A stretch of 64,000 nucleotides of DNA, from contig JAZSQJ010000053.1 in the NCBI GenBank assembly GCA_045537905.1, positions 36,295-100,294 on the forward strand, read 5' to 3'. Source of the stretch: Eubacteriales bacterium (GTDB lineage Bacteria; Bacillota; Clostridia; Oscillospirales; CAG-382). A program made the translations under genes and the position numbers. Shown one piece after another: positions 49,326-58,322 of this stretch (its first letter is position 1; the number at the start of each line of letters is the position of its first letter). The notes under the pieces are model-generated. The model was not told the DNA's origin. It made no database searches and saw nothing but the letters and a program-made list of their open reading frames with translations.

Positions 49326-52010
49326 ATGAGCGGCACAAAGCTATCGTACCACGAGGGTACAGGCTACTCTAAATATTACTACTATAAATTGGTTTTTGGC
49401 TTGGGGCTTTTCCTGGCGGCAATGATATTCCTGCCCTTCGTTCTCAAGGACCAGGGCTACTTTATCTATTACGGCGACTATAACGTTCAGCAGATCCCCT
49501 TTCACCGTCACGGTGTAGATATGGTGCGTAACGGTAACTTCGGTTGGGACTGGTGTACGGACCTTGGCTCCAATTTTTCGGGCGACTACTCTTTTTATAT
49601 GACCACAAGCCCCTTCTTCTGGATAATGTGTCTGTTCCCTGCGGCGTGGGCACCCTATCTTATGGCTCCTATGTATACCCTTAAGTTTGCGGTGGCGGCA
49701 GTTTGTGCCTACGCTTACCTTAAACGTTTTGTAAGAAAGCCTATGCTTGCCGTAAGCGGTGCCTTGATGTACGCTTTCAGCGGCTTCCAGATATACAACG
49801 TATTCTTCAACCATTTTCACGACTCCGTTGCCTTTTTTCCTCTCCTGCTGCTTGGTATAGAGGAGCTTATACAAAACAACCGCCGCGGCCTTTTTGCCTT
49901 TTCCGTGTTCATCTGCGGTAGTGTAAACTACTTCTTCTTTATTGGTGAGGTAGTGTTCTGCGTGTTCTACTTCCTGTTCAGATGTGCGTCTCTCGGCTTC
50001 AGGATAACGGTGCGTAAGTTCTTTACCCTTGCCTTTGAGGCAATGACGGGTGTCCTTATGTCCTTAGTATTCCTGTTCCCCTCCATACTTTCCATTATGG
50101 GCAACAACCGTCTTGACAGGGAGTTTACCTCTATCAAGGGTGCGTTCTTGTGGAACACCAAGGGCGAGCTGTTTACAAAACGCTACGGACATATATTCCA
50201 AAGCTTTTTCTTCCCCCCCGATATCCCCTCAAGGCCTGAGTTTTTCGGCGGCAAGGACTTGAACGACGCTTTGCAGACCCACACTACCCGCTGGGCGTCC
50301 AATGCGGCGTGGGTGCCTCTTTTCGGTATGACGGGTGCCCTCACTTATATCTGGAACAGGCGTAAAAGCTGGCTTTCACGCTTTATCGTGTTCCTGTTCA
50401 TCTGCTCCATCGTGCCTGTGCTTAATTCTCTGTTCTTTGCGGGTAACACCTCTTACTATGCAAGATGGCTGTTTATGATGGTTATGATGCTGGTGCTTGC
50501 CACCATTATCTGTCTTGACCGCAGTCATATCCGTTGGACGGTAGGTATAGTTTCCAGTGCCGTATTCTCCTTTATGATACTGGTACCCAGCTTTATCAGC
50601 TGGAAGGAAGTGGAGGACGTCTGGTCTACCACCCGCTCCTCCTATCCCGAAAGGATAGCTATATCCACCCTTATAGTGCTTGTATGTCTGGCTCTGACCT
50701 ATATTCTTGTTACCTATGTACGCGGTAAAAAGATATTTGAAAAGGCTGTGCTTTATTCCCTTTGCGTTGTGATACTGGTATACGGCATCACCCATATATA
50801 CACCGGTAAACAGCACTGCTCCGACAGCTCTGTACGCTATCTTATCAATAACTGTATAGAGACCAGCGTTACCATGAAGGAGTCTAACAGTGAGCCTGAC
50901 AGCAAGGAGATCGGCGGCAGACCTATAGACAACGTGTACGAGCAGTTTTATAGAATGGACCAGTACAACAAGAAGGACAGCAGCCGTTCCCACCTGGATA
51001 ACTACGGCATTTTCTGGAATATGCCTTCCATCCAGTGCTTTAACTCCACTGTTCCCGCTTCTATTCTTGAGTTTTATCCCAAGGTTAACGTAACGAGGAA
51101 CGTGGCGTCCCGTCCCAACAACGGTCTGTACGGACTTCGTGCCTTCCTGTCTGTAAAATACTGCTTTGTAGAGCAGGATGATATAAGCAAGTACTCTATG
51201 GAAGGCTTTACTGAAGAGCCTGTTTCCCAGCAGAATATCAAGCCTGACGGCAAGTACCGCTTTAATATCTACGAAAACGAGTATTATCTACCTATGGGCT
51301 TCACCTACAAGGGCTTTATTACCGAGTCGGAGTTTGAAAAGGTAGCCAAGGCGCAAAGACACATTTACCTGTGCAGCTATCTTGTCGTTCCCAACGACGA
51401 GGCTGATTATTACAGGACCATCCTGCCCGAGGTTAAAAAGGCTGACCTTGGCGAGGCGGATTTCAACACCTACAGCAACTCCGTTAAGGAAAGACTTAAG
51501 GGCGATATATGCGAGAGCTTCGAGTGGGACTCCTACGGCTTCAGGGCGGTAATAGACGCCTCTGAAAAGAATATGGTGTTCTTCTCCGTGCCCTACGACA
51601 GGGGAGAGCTTGCAGGTATCTCCACCGGCGGCTGGAGCGCAAAGGTAAACGGCGTCGATGCAGAAATCCGCAAGGTGTTCTACGGCTTTATGGCTGTAGA
51701 GGTACCCGAGGGTGAGGATGTTGTAATAGAGTTTGAGTATAACACCCCCGGCAGAACTATCGGTATAATAGCAAGCCTTATCGGCTTTGCGCTGTTTGCC
51801 TGCTACCTCCTTTATTACAAGAAGGTTAAGAAGGAAGCCGCTACCTACAGCTTCTTTGACGGCAACTATATAGACGACCTTGGTTATCCCGGTGATACCG
51901 TAGACAAGGGCAACCTTGCTTTGCTGAAGGAGTTTTTCACTAAGAAAAAGGACGATGCCGTAAACGTCGAAGAGGAGGAACAGTCCTCCAACGACCAAGC
52001 GGATAATTAA
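49326..52010 (+). CDS. YfhO family polytopic membrane protein (putative glycosyltransferase)
   Basis: Start set at ATG 49326 (GGAAGG upstream; the track ORF starts at 49272). YYGDYNVQQIPF...WDWCTDLGSNFSGDYSFYMTTSPFFW is typical of YfhO. It has many TM segments and a large extracytoplasmic C-terminal region. Confidence 0.8.
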   Translation: MSGTKLSYHEGTGYSKYYYYKLVFGLGLFLAAMIFLPFVLKDQGYFIYYGDYNVQQIPFHRHGVDMVRNGNFGWDWCTDLGSNFSGDYSFYMTTSPFFWIMCLFPAAWAPYLMAPMYTLKFAVAAVCAYAYLKRFVRKPMLAVSGALMYAFSGFQIYNVFFNHFHDSVAFFPLLLLGIEELIQNNRRGLFAFSVFICGSVNYFFFIGEVVFCVFYFLFRCASLGFRITVRKFFTLAFEAMTGVLMSLVFLFPSILSIMGNNRLDREFTSIKGAFLWNTKGELFTKRYGHIFQSFFFPPDIPSRPEFFGGKDLNDALQTHTTRWASNAAWVPLFGMTGALTYIWNRRKSWLSRFIVFLFICSIVPVLNSLFFAGNTSYYARWLFMMVMMLVLATIICLDRSHIRWTVGIVSSAVFSFMILVPSFISWKEVEDVWSTTRSSYPERIAISTLIVLVCLALTYILVTYVRGKKIFEKAVLYSLCVVILVYGITHIYTGKQHCSDSSVRYLINNCIETSVTMKESNSEPDSKEIGGRPIDNVYEQFYRMDQYNKKDSSRSHLDNYGIFWNMPSIQCFNSTVPASILEFYPKVNVTRNVASRPNNGLYGLRAFLSVKYCFVEQDDISKYSMEGFTEEPVSQQNIKPDGKYRFNIYENEYYLPMGFTYKGFITESEFEKVAKAQRHIYLCSYLVVPNDEADYYRTILPEVKKADLGEADFNTYSNSVKERLKGDICESFEWDSYGFRAVIDASEKNMVFFSVPYDRGELAGISTGGWSAKVNGVDAEIRKVFYGFMAVEVPEGEDVVIEFEYNTPGRTIGIIASLIGFALFACYLLYYKKVKKEAATYSFFDGNYIDDLGYPGDTVDKGNLALLKEFFTKKKDDAVNVEEEEQSSNDQADN

Positions 52011-52026
52011 TACGCTTTTACAAAAC

Positions 52027-52068
52027 GGACCGTATTAGATGCGCAAGCGTTTGATACGGTTCTTTTTT
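52027..52068 (+). terminator. Rho-independent terminator
   Basis: GGACCGTAT-18 nt-ATACGGTTC followed by TTTTTT. Confidence 0.75.
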
Positions 52069-52360
52069 GCACACAAAACACCTTGCAAGCTGTTAATAAA
52101 TACAAGCCTTTCCTACCTGTTAATAAATATATATAATAAACAGGTAGAAAAAAGCATTGTTCACAAAAAAGTAAAGAAACGGTAAAGATTTATTAATTGC
52201 AATATTTCGCTTTTTATATATACTATAATGGGCATTGATGGGGCATATGTAGTATACCGTCCAAGAGCAAAACCACAATTGCCTATAATTACCGCTTCCG
52301 TTCGGTGTTTATACCGAATTGCAATATAAAATAATATTGAAATTTGAGAGAGGTATTTTT

Positions 52361-54634
52361 ATGGAATTATTCTTAATTCTTGTCCTTTTTGCGGCAGTCC
52401 TCGCTATCTCTTATGCAGCCTTTAGCTTTGCTAAGGTTAAGAAGATGGACGAAGGCACTGACAGAATGAAGGAGATTGCAGGCGCAATCAGAACAGGTGC
52501 AAACGCATTCCTTAACTACGAGATGAAGATAATCGTTATCGTAGCAGTAGCAGTTGCATTCCTTCTTGCACTTCTCATATCCTGGCAGGCAGGCGTTGCA
52601 TTCATTCTCGGCGCTACTATGAGTGAGTCTGCAGGATTTATCGGTATGAAGATAGCTACATATGCAAACGTTCGCGTTGCCAACAAGGCTCGCAACACCA
52701 AAAACCTTGGCGAGACTCTTAAGGTTGCTTTCCGTGGCGGCTCCGTAATGGGTCTTTGCGTAGGCGGCTTTGCTCTTCTCGGTATCGTTATAGTTTACTT
52801 TGTTTTCGGTATCCTTGGCGACCAGCTTGGTCTCATCATCGGCAACTCTGCTGATTTTGAGCTTCAGAACAGCTTGCTCAGCATGTTTGTTCCCGGCTAC
52901 AATATGCCTACCACCTTTACTATGACTCTTTCCGGCTACGCTCTCGGCTGCTCTGTAATCGCTATATTCAACCGTATCGGCGGCGGTATCTACACCAAGG
53001 CTGCTGATATGGGTGCTGACCTGGTTGGTAAGACCGAGGCTCACATTCCCGAGGACGACCCCCGTAACCCCGCTACCATCGCAGACAACGTTGGTGACAA
53101 CGTTGGTGACGTTGCAGGTTTGGGCTCCGACCTTCTTGAAAGCTACGTTAGCTCCATCCTCGCATCCGTTATCCTCGCTATCGAGCTCTTTACCAAAAAG
53201 GCGTTCAACAATGCAGGTATTGAAGCTGCTTTCGGTACAAACGTTATAGAAAAGCTTGCATATTTCCCCATAGCCCTTGCAGGTGTTGGTCTTATCGCTT
53301 GCGTGCTCGGCGTTGCTTCCTTGCTTATCAAGAAGAAGCTTTCCGACAACCCTCATAAAGAGCTTAACCTTGCTACCTGGATTTCTGCAGGTATCGCAAT
53401 AGTTGGCGCATTCGGCCTCAGCTACTTCTTCTTCGGTGACATTGTTGCTAATGCAGAGGATGCTGTTAACGCCTTTAAGCAGATCGAGTTCTCTCTTGGT
53501 TGGATTTCTCCCGCCATCGCAGCAGTATGCGGTATCGCATCCGGCATTATAGTTGGTATCATCGCAGAAAGATATACCAGCGCAGATTATAAGCACACCA
53601 AGCGTGTTTCCGCAGCTTCCGTTGAAGGTCCTGCTCTTAACATCACTCAGGGTCTCGCACTGGGTATGCGTTCTTGCGTTGCTCCCTGTATAGTTCTCGG
53701 CGTTGCAATTTACGCTTCTTACATGGTTTGCGGTATGTACGGCGTTGCTCTTGCAGCTCTCGGTATGCTCTCCTTCGTTGCTACCACCGTTTCCGTTGAC
53801 ACCTACGGTCCTATCTCCGACAATGCCGGCGGTATCGCTGAAATGAGCGGTCTTGACAAGGACGTTAGAAAGATTACCGACCATCTCGACTCTGTTGGTA
53901 ACACCACCGCAGCTATCGGTAAGGGCTTTGCTATAGGCTCCGCTGCTCTTGCAGCTCTCTCTATGATGTCCTCTTACCTCTTCGCATCTAATCCCGAACC
54001 TTATGAAAGCTTCCTTGCAAACGTTGTAGACAAGATATCTCTTAACATAATCGATCCTCTTACCCTTGCAGGTGCTATCGCCGGTGCGGCGCTTCCTTTC
54101 CTCTTCTCCGGTATGCTTATCGACGCAGTTGCTAAGGCTGCAAGAAAGATGGTTGAAGAGGTTCGCCGTCAGTTCAGAGAAATCAAGGGTCTCCTTCAGG
54201 GTGAGGTTCTTCCCGACTACAAGACTTGTATCGAAATCTCCTCCAAGGGTGCTCTTAAGGAAATGCGTGTTCCCGCAGTTCTTGCTATCGCAGTTCCCGT
54301 AGTTTGCGGCTTTATCTTCGGCGCAAGCTTTGTTGCAGGTCTTCTTATCGGCTCCACCCTTTCCGCTATAATGCTGGCTATCTTCACCGGCAACGCAGGC
54401 GGCGCTTGGGATAACGCTAAGAAGTATATTGAAACCGGTGCTATTGAAGGCCACGGCAAGGGCTCTCCCGCACACGACGCCGCAGTAGTTGGCGACACCG
54501 TTGGTGACCCTCTTAAGGACACCGTTGGTCCTTGTCTTGATATATTCATCAAGATAATGTCTACCATCGCTCTCGTAACCGTTGTTGTATTCCGTGACAA
54601 CAACCTTCTCAGCTGGATAAGCGGTCTGTTTTAA
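52361..54634 (+). CDS. hppA: Membrane-bound ion-translocating pyrophosphatase, K+-dependent subfamily
   Basis: Start set at ATG 52361 (GAGAGG RBS; the track ORF starts at TTG 52319). It has about 16 TM segments. DNVGDNVGD and GDTVGDP motifs are present, and GNTTAAIGKG carries Ala at the K+-dependence position. Confidence 0.9.
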   Translation: MELFLILVLFAAVLAISYAAFSFAKVKKMDEGTDRMKEIAGAIRTGANAFLNYEMKIIVIVAVAVAFLLALLISWQAGVAFILGATMSESAGFIGMKIATYANVRVANKARNTKNLGETLKVAFRGGSVMGLCVGGFALLGIVIVYFVFGILGDQLGLIIGNSADFELQNSLLSMFVPGYNMPTTFTMTLSGYALGCSVIAIFNRIGGGIYTKAADMGADLVGKTEAHIPEDDPRNPATIADNVGDNVGDVAGLGSDLLESYVSSILASVILAIELFTKKAFNNAGIEAAFGTNVIEKLAYFPIALAGVGLIACVLGVASLLIKKKLSDNPHKELNLATWISAGIAIVGAFGLSYFFFGDIVANAEDAVNAFKQIEFSLGWISPAIAAVCGIASGIIVGIIAERYTSADYKHTKRVSAASVEGPALNITQGLALGMRSCVAPCIVLGVAIYASYMVCGMYGVALAALGMLSFVATTVSVDTYGPISDNAGGIAEMSGLDKDVRKITDHLDSVGNTTAAIGKGFAIGSAALAALSMMSSYLFASNPEPYESFLANVVDKISLNIIDPLTLAGAIAGAALPFLFSGMLIDAVAKAARKMVEEVRRQFREIKGLLQGEVLPDYKTCIEISSKGALKEMRVPAVLAIAVPVVCGFIFGASFVAGLLIGSTLSAIMLAIFTGNAGGAWDNAKKYIETGAIEGHGKGSPAHDAAVVGDTVGDPLKDTVGPCLDIFIKIMSTIALVTVVVFRDNNLLSWISGLF

Positions 54635-54647
54635 CGATTAAAATAAA

Positions 54648-54676
54648 GGGGCGTGTTATTACGACACGCTCCTTTT
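54648..54676 (+). terminator. Rho-independent terminator of hppA
   Basis: GGGGCGTGT-7 nt-ACACGCTCC (one G-T pair) followed by TTTT. Confidence 0.75.
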
Positions 54677-54679
54677 ATC

Positions 54680-54708
54680 TTGACATTAATCCCTTTTAGT
54701 TGTATACT
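54680..54708 (+). promoter_or_regulatory. Sigma-A type promoter
   Basis: TTGACA (54680-54685), 17-nt spacer, TATACT (54703-54708). Confidence 0.65.
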
Positions 54709-54737
54709 TAATTGAAAACAAAAAAGAGGTGTTTGTT

Positions 54738-55124
54738 ATGCTTGAAACAGGTACAAAAATAGAAAACAGCGTTACGGTAACAGAGTCCAATACGGCGGCG
54801 GCGGTAGGCAGCGGCAGTCTGCCCGTGTTTGCCACCCCGGCTCTGGCGGCTTTGGCGGAGGAAAGCTCCTGCTTGCTTCTTGAGGGCAAGCTGGAGGAGG
54901 GAAGTACAACCGTTGGCAGTATGCTTGCCATCAAGCATCTGGCTCCCACCCCCGTGGGTATGGCCGTTAAGTGCATCTGCACCTTGACCGAGGTGGACGG
55001 ACGCCGTCTTGTCTTTTCTATGGAGCTGTTTGATGATGCAGGCAAGATAGGCGAGGTACAGCACGAAAGGTTTATAGTCCGCATCAAGTCCTTTATGGAA
55101 AGGGCATACGCAAAGCTGGGGTAA
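54738..55124 (+). CDS. Hotdog-fold thioesterase (FlK-like family)
   Basis: Start set at ATG 54738. VTVTESNTAAAVGSGSLPVFATPALAALAEE is typical of this thioesterase family. Confidence 0.7.
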   Translation: MLETGTKIENSVTVTESNTAAAVGSGSLPVFATPALAALAEESSCLLLEGKLEEGSTTVGSMLAIKHLAPTPVGMAVKCICTLTEVDGRRLVFSMELFDDAGKIGEVQHERFIVRIKSFMERAYAKLG

Positions 55125-55130
55125 AGAAGT

Positions 55131-55748
55131 ATGGACGATAAGGTAATAACCAAGGAAATGGATGTAGTAGACAACAGCGCCACCAAAAGCTTTGACAAGG
55201 TTAGTAACGACTCTGCATCCCTCTACGAGTTTGCAGGTGGGGAAGAGTGCCTTTGTGAATTTGTACGCGCTCCTTCTTACTACTGTACTCAGAAAATGTG
55301 CCGCATCAAATGGCTAAGCCTTAAAAATACCAGATTTGTAGTATATGCAACGTTTGCTGTTATATTGGGAGTTTTTGCAGTTTATTATTCTGTCACAGGT
55401 CCTTATTATGTAGCGGCAATGACAGGCGTTGTATGTTTGTTTATGCTATATATTCTGTTTTTCGGTCAAAGCTATTTTGTAAACGGTATGGAATTTGACG
55501 AGCGTGCTGAGAAAAATGCTACACTTTCCGTAAAGCTTTGTAAAAACAATATGTATATATACGACTCTAAAGCCTTGACCGTTGCAGATTACTCTCAGAT
55601 AACGGAATATAGAATAACAAAAAAATACGTATATCTTCGCTTGAAAAATGCAAAACCTTATACAGAGGGTTTGATTGTTTTAATACCTGAAAGCAAAGAT
55701 AACGACTTTTATTTACAGGCTAAAGAATTGATTGAACGTAATAAATAA
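55131..55748 (+). CDS. Hypothetical membrane protein (two central TM segments)
   Basis: 205 aa. FVVYATFAVILGVFAVYYSV and YVAAMTGVVCLFMLYILFF are hydrophobic segments. No motif recognised. Confidence 0.55.
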   Translation: MDDKVITKEMDVVDNSATKSFDKVSNDSASLYEFAGGEECLCEFVRAPSYYCTQKMCRIKWLSLKNTRFVVYATFAVILGVFAVYYSVTGPYYVAAMTGVVCLFMLYILFFGQSYFVNGMEFDERAEKNATLSVKLCKNNMYIYDSKALTVADYSQITEYRITKKYVYLRLKNAKPYTEGLIVLIPESKDNDFYLQAKELIERNK

Positions 55749-55788
55749 AAAATGCTGTTTGCAAAGCAAGATTGCAAACAGCATTTTT
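55749..55788. terminator. Bidirectional rho-independent terminator
   Basis: AAAAATGCTGTTTGCAA-loop-TTGCAAACAGCATTTTT between convergent genes. Confidence 0.9.
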
Positions 55789-55795
55789 GTGTTCC

Positions 55796-56158
55796 TTACT
55801 TCTTTTTGAGAATCATCTTATCTCCGCTATCGTCGGCAACGATAGTAAGAAGGTCGCCTTCGATGGTGTAGGTGTATGTACGTCTTACAGGTGGATCGTC
55901 TACGAAAACGTCAACGTAAAGCTTGCTTTCGTCGTAGGTATATCTAATTTCGTTTACCAAGTCAAGGACGATCCTGATTCCGGTGCCGTCACCTCTGAAT
56001 TCATAGGTTGTGGCAAAGCCGTCGTCTCTGGTCTCCATCCATTCGCCCGTAAAAGGGTCGTTAGGGTCGATCTTGGGCTTGTCCTCACCTCCGCAAGAGG
56101 CAAAGCTCAAAAGGGTAACGATTGCCATAACAAGCATCAAAATTCTTTTACAGGTCAT
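55796..56158 (-). CDS. Small lipoprotein (lipocalin-like)
   Basis: Start set at ATG 56158 (MTCKRILMLVMAIVTLLSFASCGG; GGAGGA RBS). Lipobox FASC. The mature part, FTGEWME...TYEFRGDGTG...YTIEGDLLTIV, resembles small beta-barrel lipoproteins. Confidence 0.65.
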   Translation of the reverse strand: MTCKRILMLVMAIVTLLSFASCGGEDKPKIDPNDPFTGEWMETRDDGFATTYEFRGDGTGIRIVLDLVNEIRYTYDESKLYVDVFVDDPPVRRTYTYTIEGDLLTIVADDSGDKMILKKK

Positions 56159-56187
56159 ATCCGTCCTCCAAAACATTTGTTATTAAT

Positions 56188-56216
56188 ATTATAAAGATAA
56201 TGTTTCAACTTGTCAA
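56188..56216 (-). promoter_or_regulatory. Consensus sigma-A promoter of the lipoprotein gene
   Basis: Minus strand reads TTGACA (56216-56211), 17-nt spacer, TATAAT (56193-56188). Confidence 0.8.
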
Positions 56217-56227
56217 GACCTTGTCTA

Positions 56228-56256
56228 TTGACAAATTGAACATAAAGTTGTAAGAT
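56228..56256 (+). promoter_or_regulatory. Sigma-A type promoter of the pfkB-ddl-murI operon
   Basis: TTGACA (56228-56233), 17-nt spacer, TAAGAT (56251-56256). Confidence 0.6.
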
Positions 56257-56316
56257 ATAATAGTATTAATGTAACTTGGTGTATTGTGCGATAATAACGC
56301 CAACGGAGGTCAGTGT

Positions 56317-57231
56317 ATGAATAATATAATACTTACAGCAGGTTCCGCCACGATGGACGTATTGCTTAACGTACCCTTTGCTCCTCATGAGGGACGTACT
56401 GTTCTTTCAAAGGACAGGTATATGTTCACACCGGGAGGCAGCGGTGCATATACTGCTGTTGCGGCAAAGCGTGCAGGTGCAGACTCTATACTTGCTGCCC
56501 GTGTTGGTGCAGATGAAACGGGCACAAGGTTTATTGAGCATATTAAGGAAGCAGGCGTTGACCCCACCTGCATAAACAGCGATAGCAAAGGGCAGACGGG
56601 GCTGGAGGTGTATCTCCTTGAGGAGTACGGCCTTGGGGGCAGAATAAGCTATGCAGGTGCTAATACCGAGCTTTGTCCTGAGGATATAGAGCTGGCTTTC
56701 AGCCGTTATCCCGACCTGTTTACCGCTAATATGACCGTTAATATAAAAACTCTCCAGTGTGCGGCAGACTATTCAAGGGAGCAGGGCATTCCCTTTGTGT
56801 TGGATGCTACGGGCGCCACCAGGCTTTCCGGCATAAACAAGCTTAAGGGTGTAGATATTCTTATAGCGGACGAGGACGTTACCGAGCAGCTTACGGGTAT
56901 CCGTCCCTCCGACCCCGACAACTGTCTCCGTGCCTGTATTGCTTTGTGCGATATGTTGCCCCTTAGCTTTGTCGTGCTTAAGCTGGGCTACAGAGGAGCC
57001 TATCTTTATGATGGCACTTATTGCGAGCTGCTTATGTCACCTGACTGTAACGTGGTGGATGTAACCGCCCAGCATGAGTGCTTTGTGGGTGCCTTCTGTG
57101 CCTATTTTATAGAGCATAAAGACGTTTACGATGCAACGAGGTACGCCTTGGCGGCATCGGCTCTCTGCGTGTCCCGGGTGGGCGGCTTCAGCTCTATCCC
57201 CTGCGATGAGGAAATTCGTAAATTATTATAA
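56317..57231 (+). CDS. PfkB/ribokinase-family protein with non-canonical active-site motif
   Basis: Start set at ATG 56317 (GGAGG RBS). The N-terminal GG motif is PGGSGAYTAVAAKRAG. The position of DT.GAGD reads VDVTAQHECFVGAF (AQHE instead of GAGD). Confidence 0.7.
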   Translation: MNNIILTAGSATMDVLLNVPFAPHEGRTVLSKDRYMFTPGGSGAYTAVAAKRAGADSILAARVGADETGTRFIEHIKEAGVDPTCINSDSKGQTGLEVYLLEEYGLGGRISYAGANTELCPEDIELAFSRYPDLFTANMTVNIKTLQCAADYSREQGIPFVLDATGATRLSGINKLKGVDILIADEDVTEQLTGIRPSDPDNCLRACIALCDMLPLSFVVLKLGYRGAYLYDGTYCELLMSPDCNVVDVTAQHECFVGAFCAYFIEHKDVYDATRYALAASALCVSRVGGFSSIPCDEEIRKLL

Positions 57232-57245
57232 ATTTGGAGGCTGTA

Positions 57246-58322
57246 ATGGCTGCAAAAAAGGTTTTTGCCGTAGTATTCGGCGGTGCTTCTTCCGAGCACG
57301 AGGTTTCTTCGGTTTCAGCGGCTTGGGTTGTTGATAATATAGACAAAAGCCGCTATGACGTTATAAAAATAGGCATAACCAAAAAAGGTGTATGGTTTTT
57401 ATACAATGGCGATACGGACGGTATGCGTAACAATACGTGGAGCGAGGACGGTGCAAACCTTGTTCCCTGCGTTATCTCTCCCTGTACGGTACAGCACGGC
57501 ATATTTGTTTTTGACAAAGCCGCAGGCACCTTCAAGAGCCTTTACATAGACGTAGTTTTTCCTGTGCTCCACGGCAAAAACGGCGAGGACGGCACTATAC
57601 AGGGCTTGTTTTCCATAGCAGGCATCCCTTTCGTTGGGGCAGACACCTATTCATCTTCCGTGTGTATGAACAAGCACGCCGCAAAAACGCTGGTTAAAAG
57701 TGCAGATATTGCAAGACTTGCCGACTGGATAGCCATAAACAGGCACAGTGCGTATCTTCCCAAGGTTAAGGCGTGGGCGGCTAAAAAGGGCTACCCTCTC
57801 TTTGTTAAGCCTGCCTGTGCAGGCTCCTCCGTGGGCGTATCCAAGGTCCGTAGTGAGGCACAGCTTCTGTCTGCTATCACCTTAGCTTTTGAGCACGACG
57901 ATACGGTGCTTATCGAGGAGGCAATAGTGGGCAAGGAGATAGAGGTGGCGGTGCTTAGCTGTCCCGACGGCATTACCGTATCCCGTTGCGGTGAGATAGA
58001 GTCGGGGGCAGACTTCTATGACTACGAGGCAAAATATAAAAGCAACAGCTCTACCCACTATATTCCCGCCCGTATTCCCGACGGGGTTGCAAACAAGGTG
58101 CGTATAGCGGCACAAAGCATATTTACCGAGCTTGGCTGTAAAGGGCTTTCCAGGGTGGACTTTTTTGTCTGTGAAGACGGCACCATAATCTTCAACGAGA
58201 TAAATACCATCCCGGGTATGACCGGAATCAGCCTGTATCCAATGCTTATGGCAGATGCAGGCATCGACGGCAGTACCCTTATGGATAAGCTGTTTGACAG
58301 TGCCCTTGGAGGTAAGCAATGA
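57246..58322 (+). CDS. ddl: D-alanine--D-alanine ligase
   Basis: Start set at ATG 57246 (GGAGG RBS). FPVLHGKNGEDGTIQGLF, an ATP-grasp region and NEINTIPG are present. Confidence 0.9.
   Translation: MAAKKVFAVVFGGASSEHEVSSVSAAWVVDNIDKSRYDVIKIGITKKGVWFLYNGDTDGMRNNTWSEDGANLVPCVISPCTVQHGIFVFDKAAGTFKSLYIDVVFPVLHGKNGEDGTIQGLFSIAGIPFVGADTYSSSVCMNKHAAKTLVKSADIARLADWIAINRHSAYLPKVKAWAAKKGYPLFVKPACAGSSVGVSKVRSEAQLLSAITLAFEHDDTVLIEEAIVGKEIEVAVLSCPDGITVSRCGEIESGADFYDYEAKYKSNSSTHYIPARIPDGVANKVRIAAQSIFTELGCKGLSRVDFFVCEDGTIIFNEINTIPGMTGISLYPMLMADAGIDGSTLMDKLFDSALGGKQ

Noticed and set aside
52373-54475. 700-aa minus-strand ORF opposite hppA
   Set aside because: The plus strand encodes an unmistakable membrane pyrophosphatase (DNVGDNVGD, GNTTAAIGKG). 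The antisense frame is open only because TTA, CTA and TCA codons are avoided. Its product is Cys/Asn/Gly/Lys-rich with no domain.
56211-56233. Inverted repeat TTGTCAA-n9-TTGACAA as a regulator-binding palindrome
   Set aside because: The two arms are the -35 hexamers of back-to-back divergent promoters. Each has a correctly spaced -10 (TATAAT at 56193-56188 on the minus strand, TAAGAT at 56251-56256 on the plus strand). That fully explains the symmetry.
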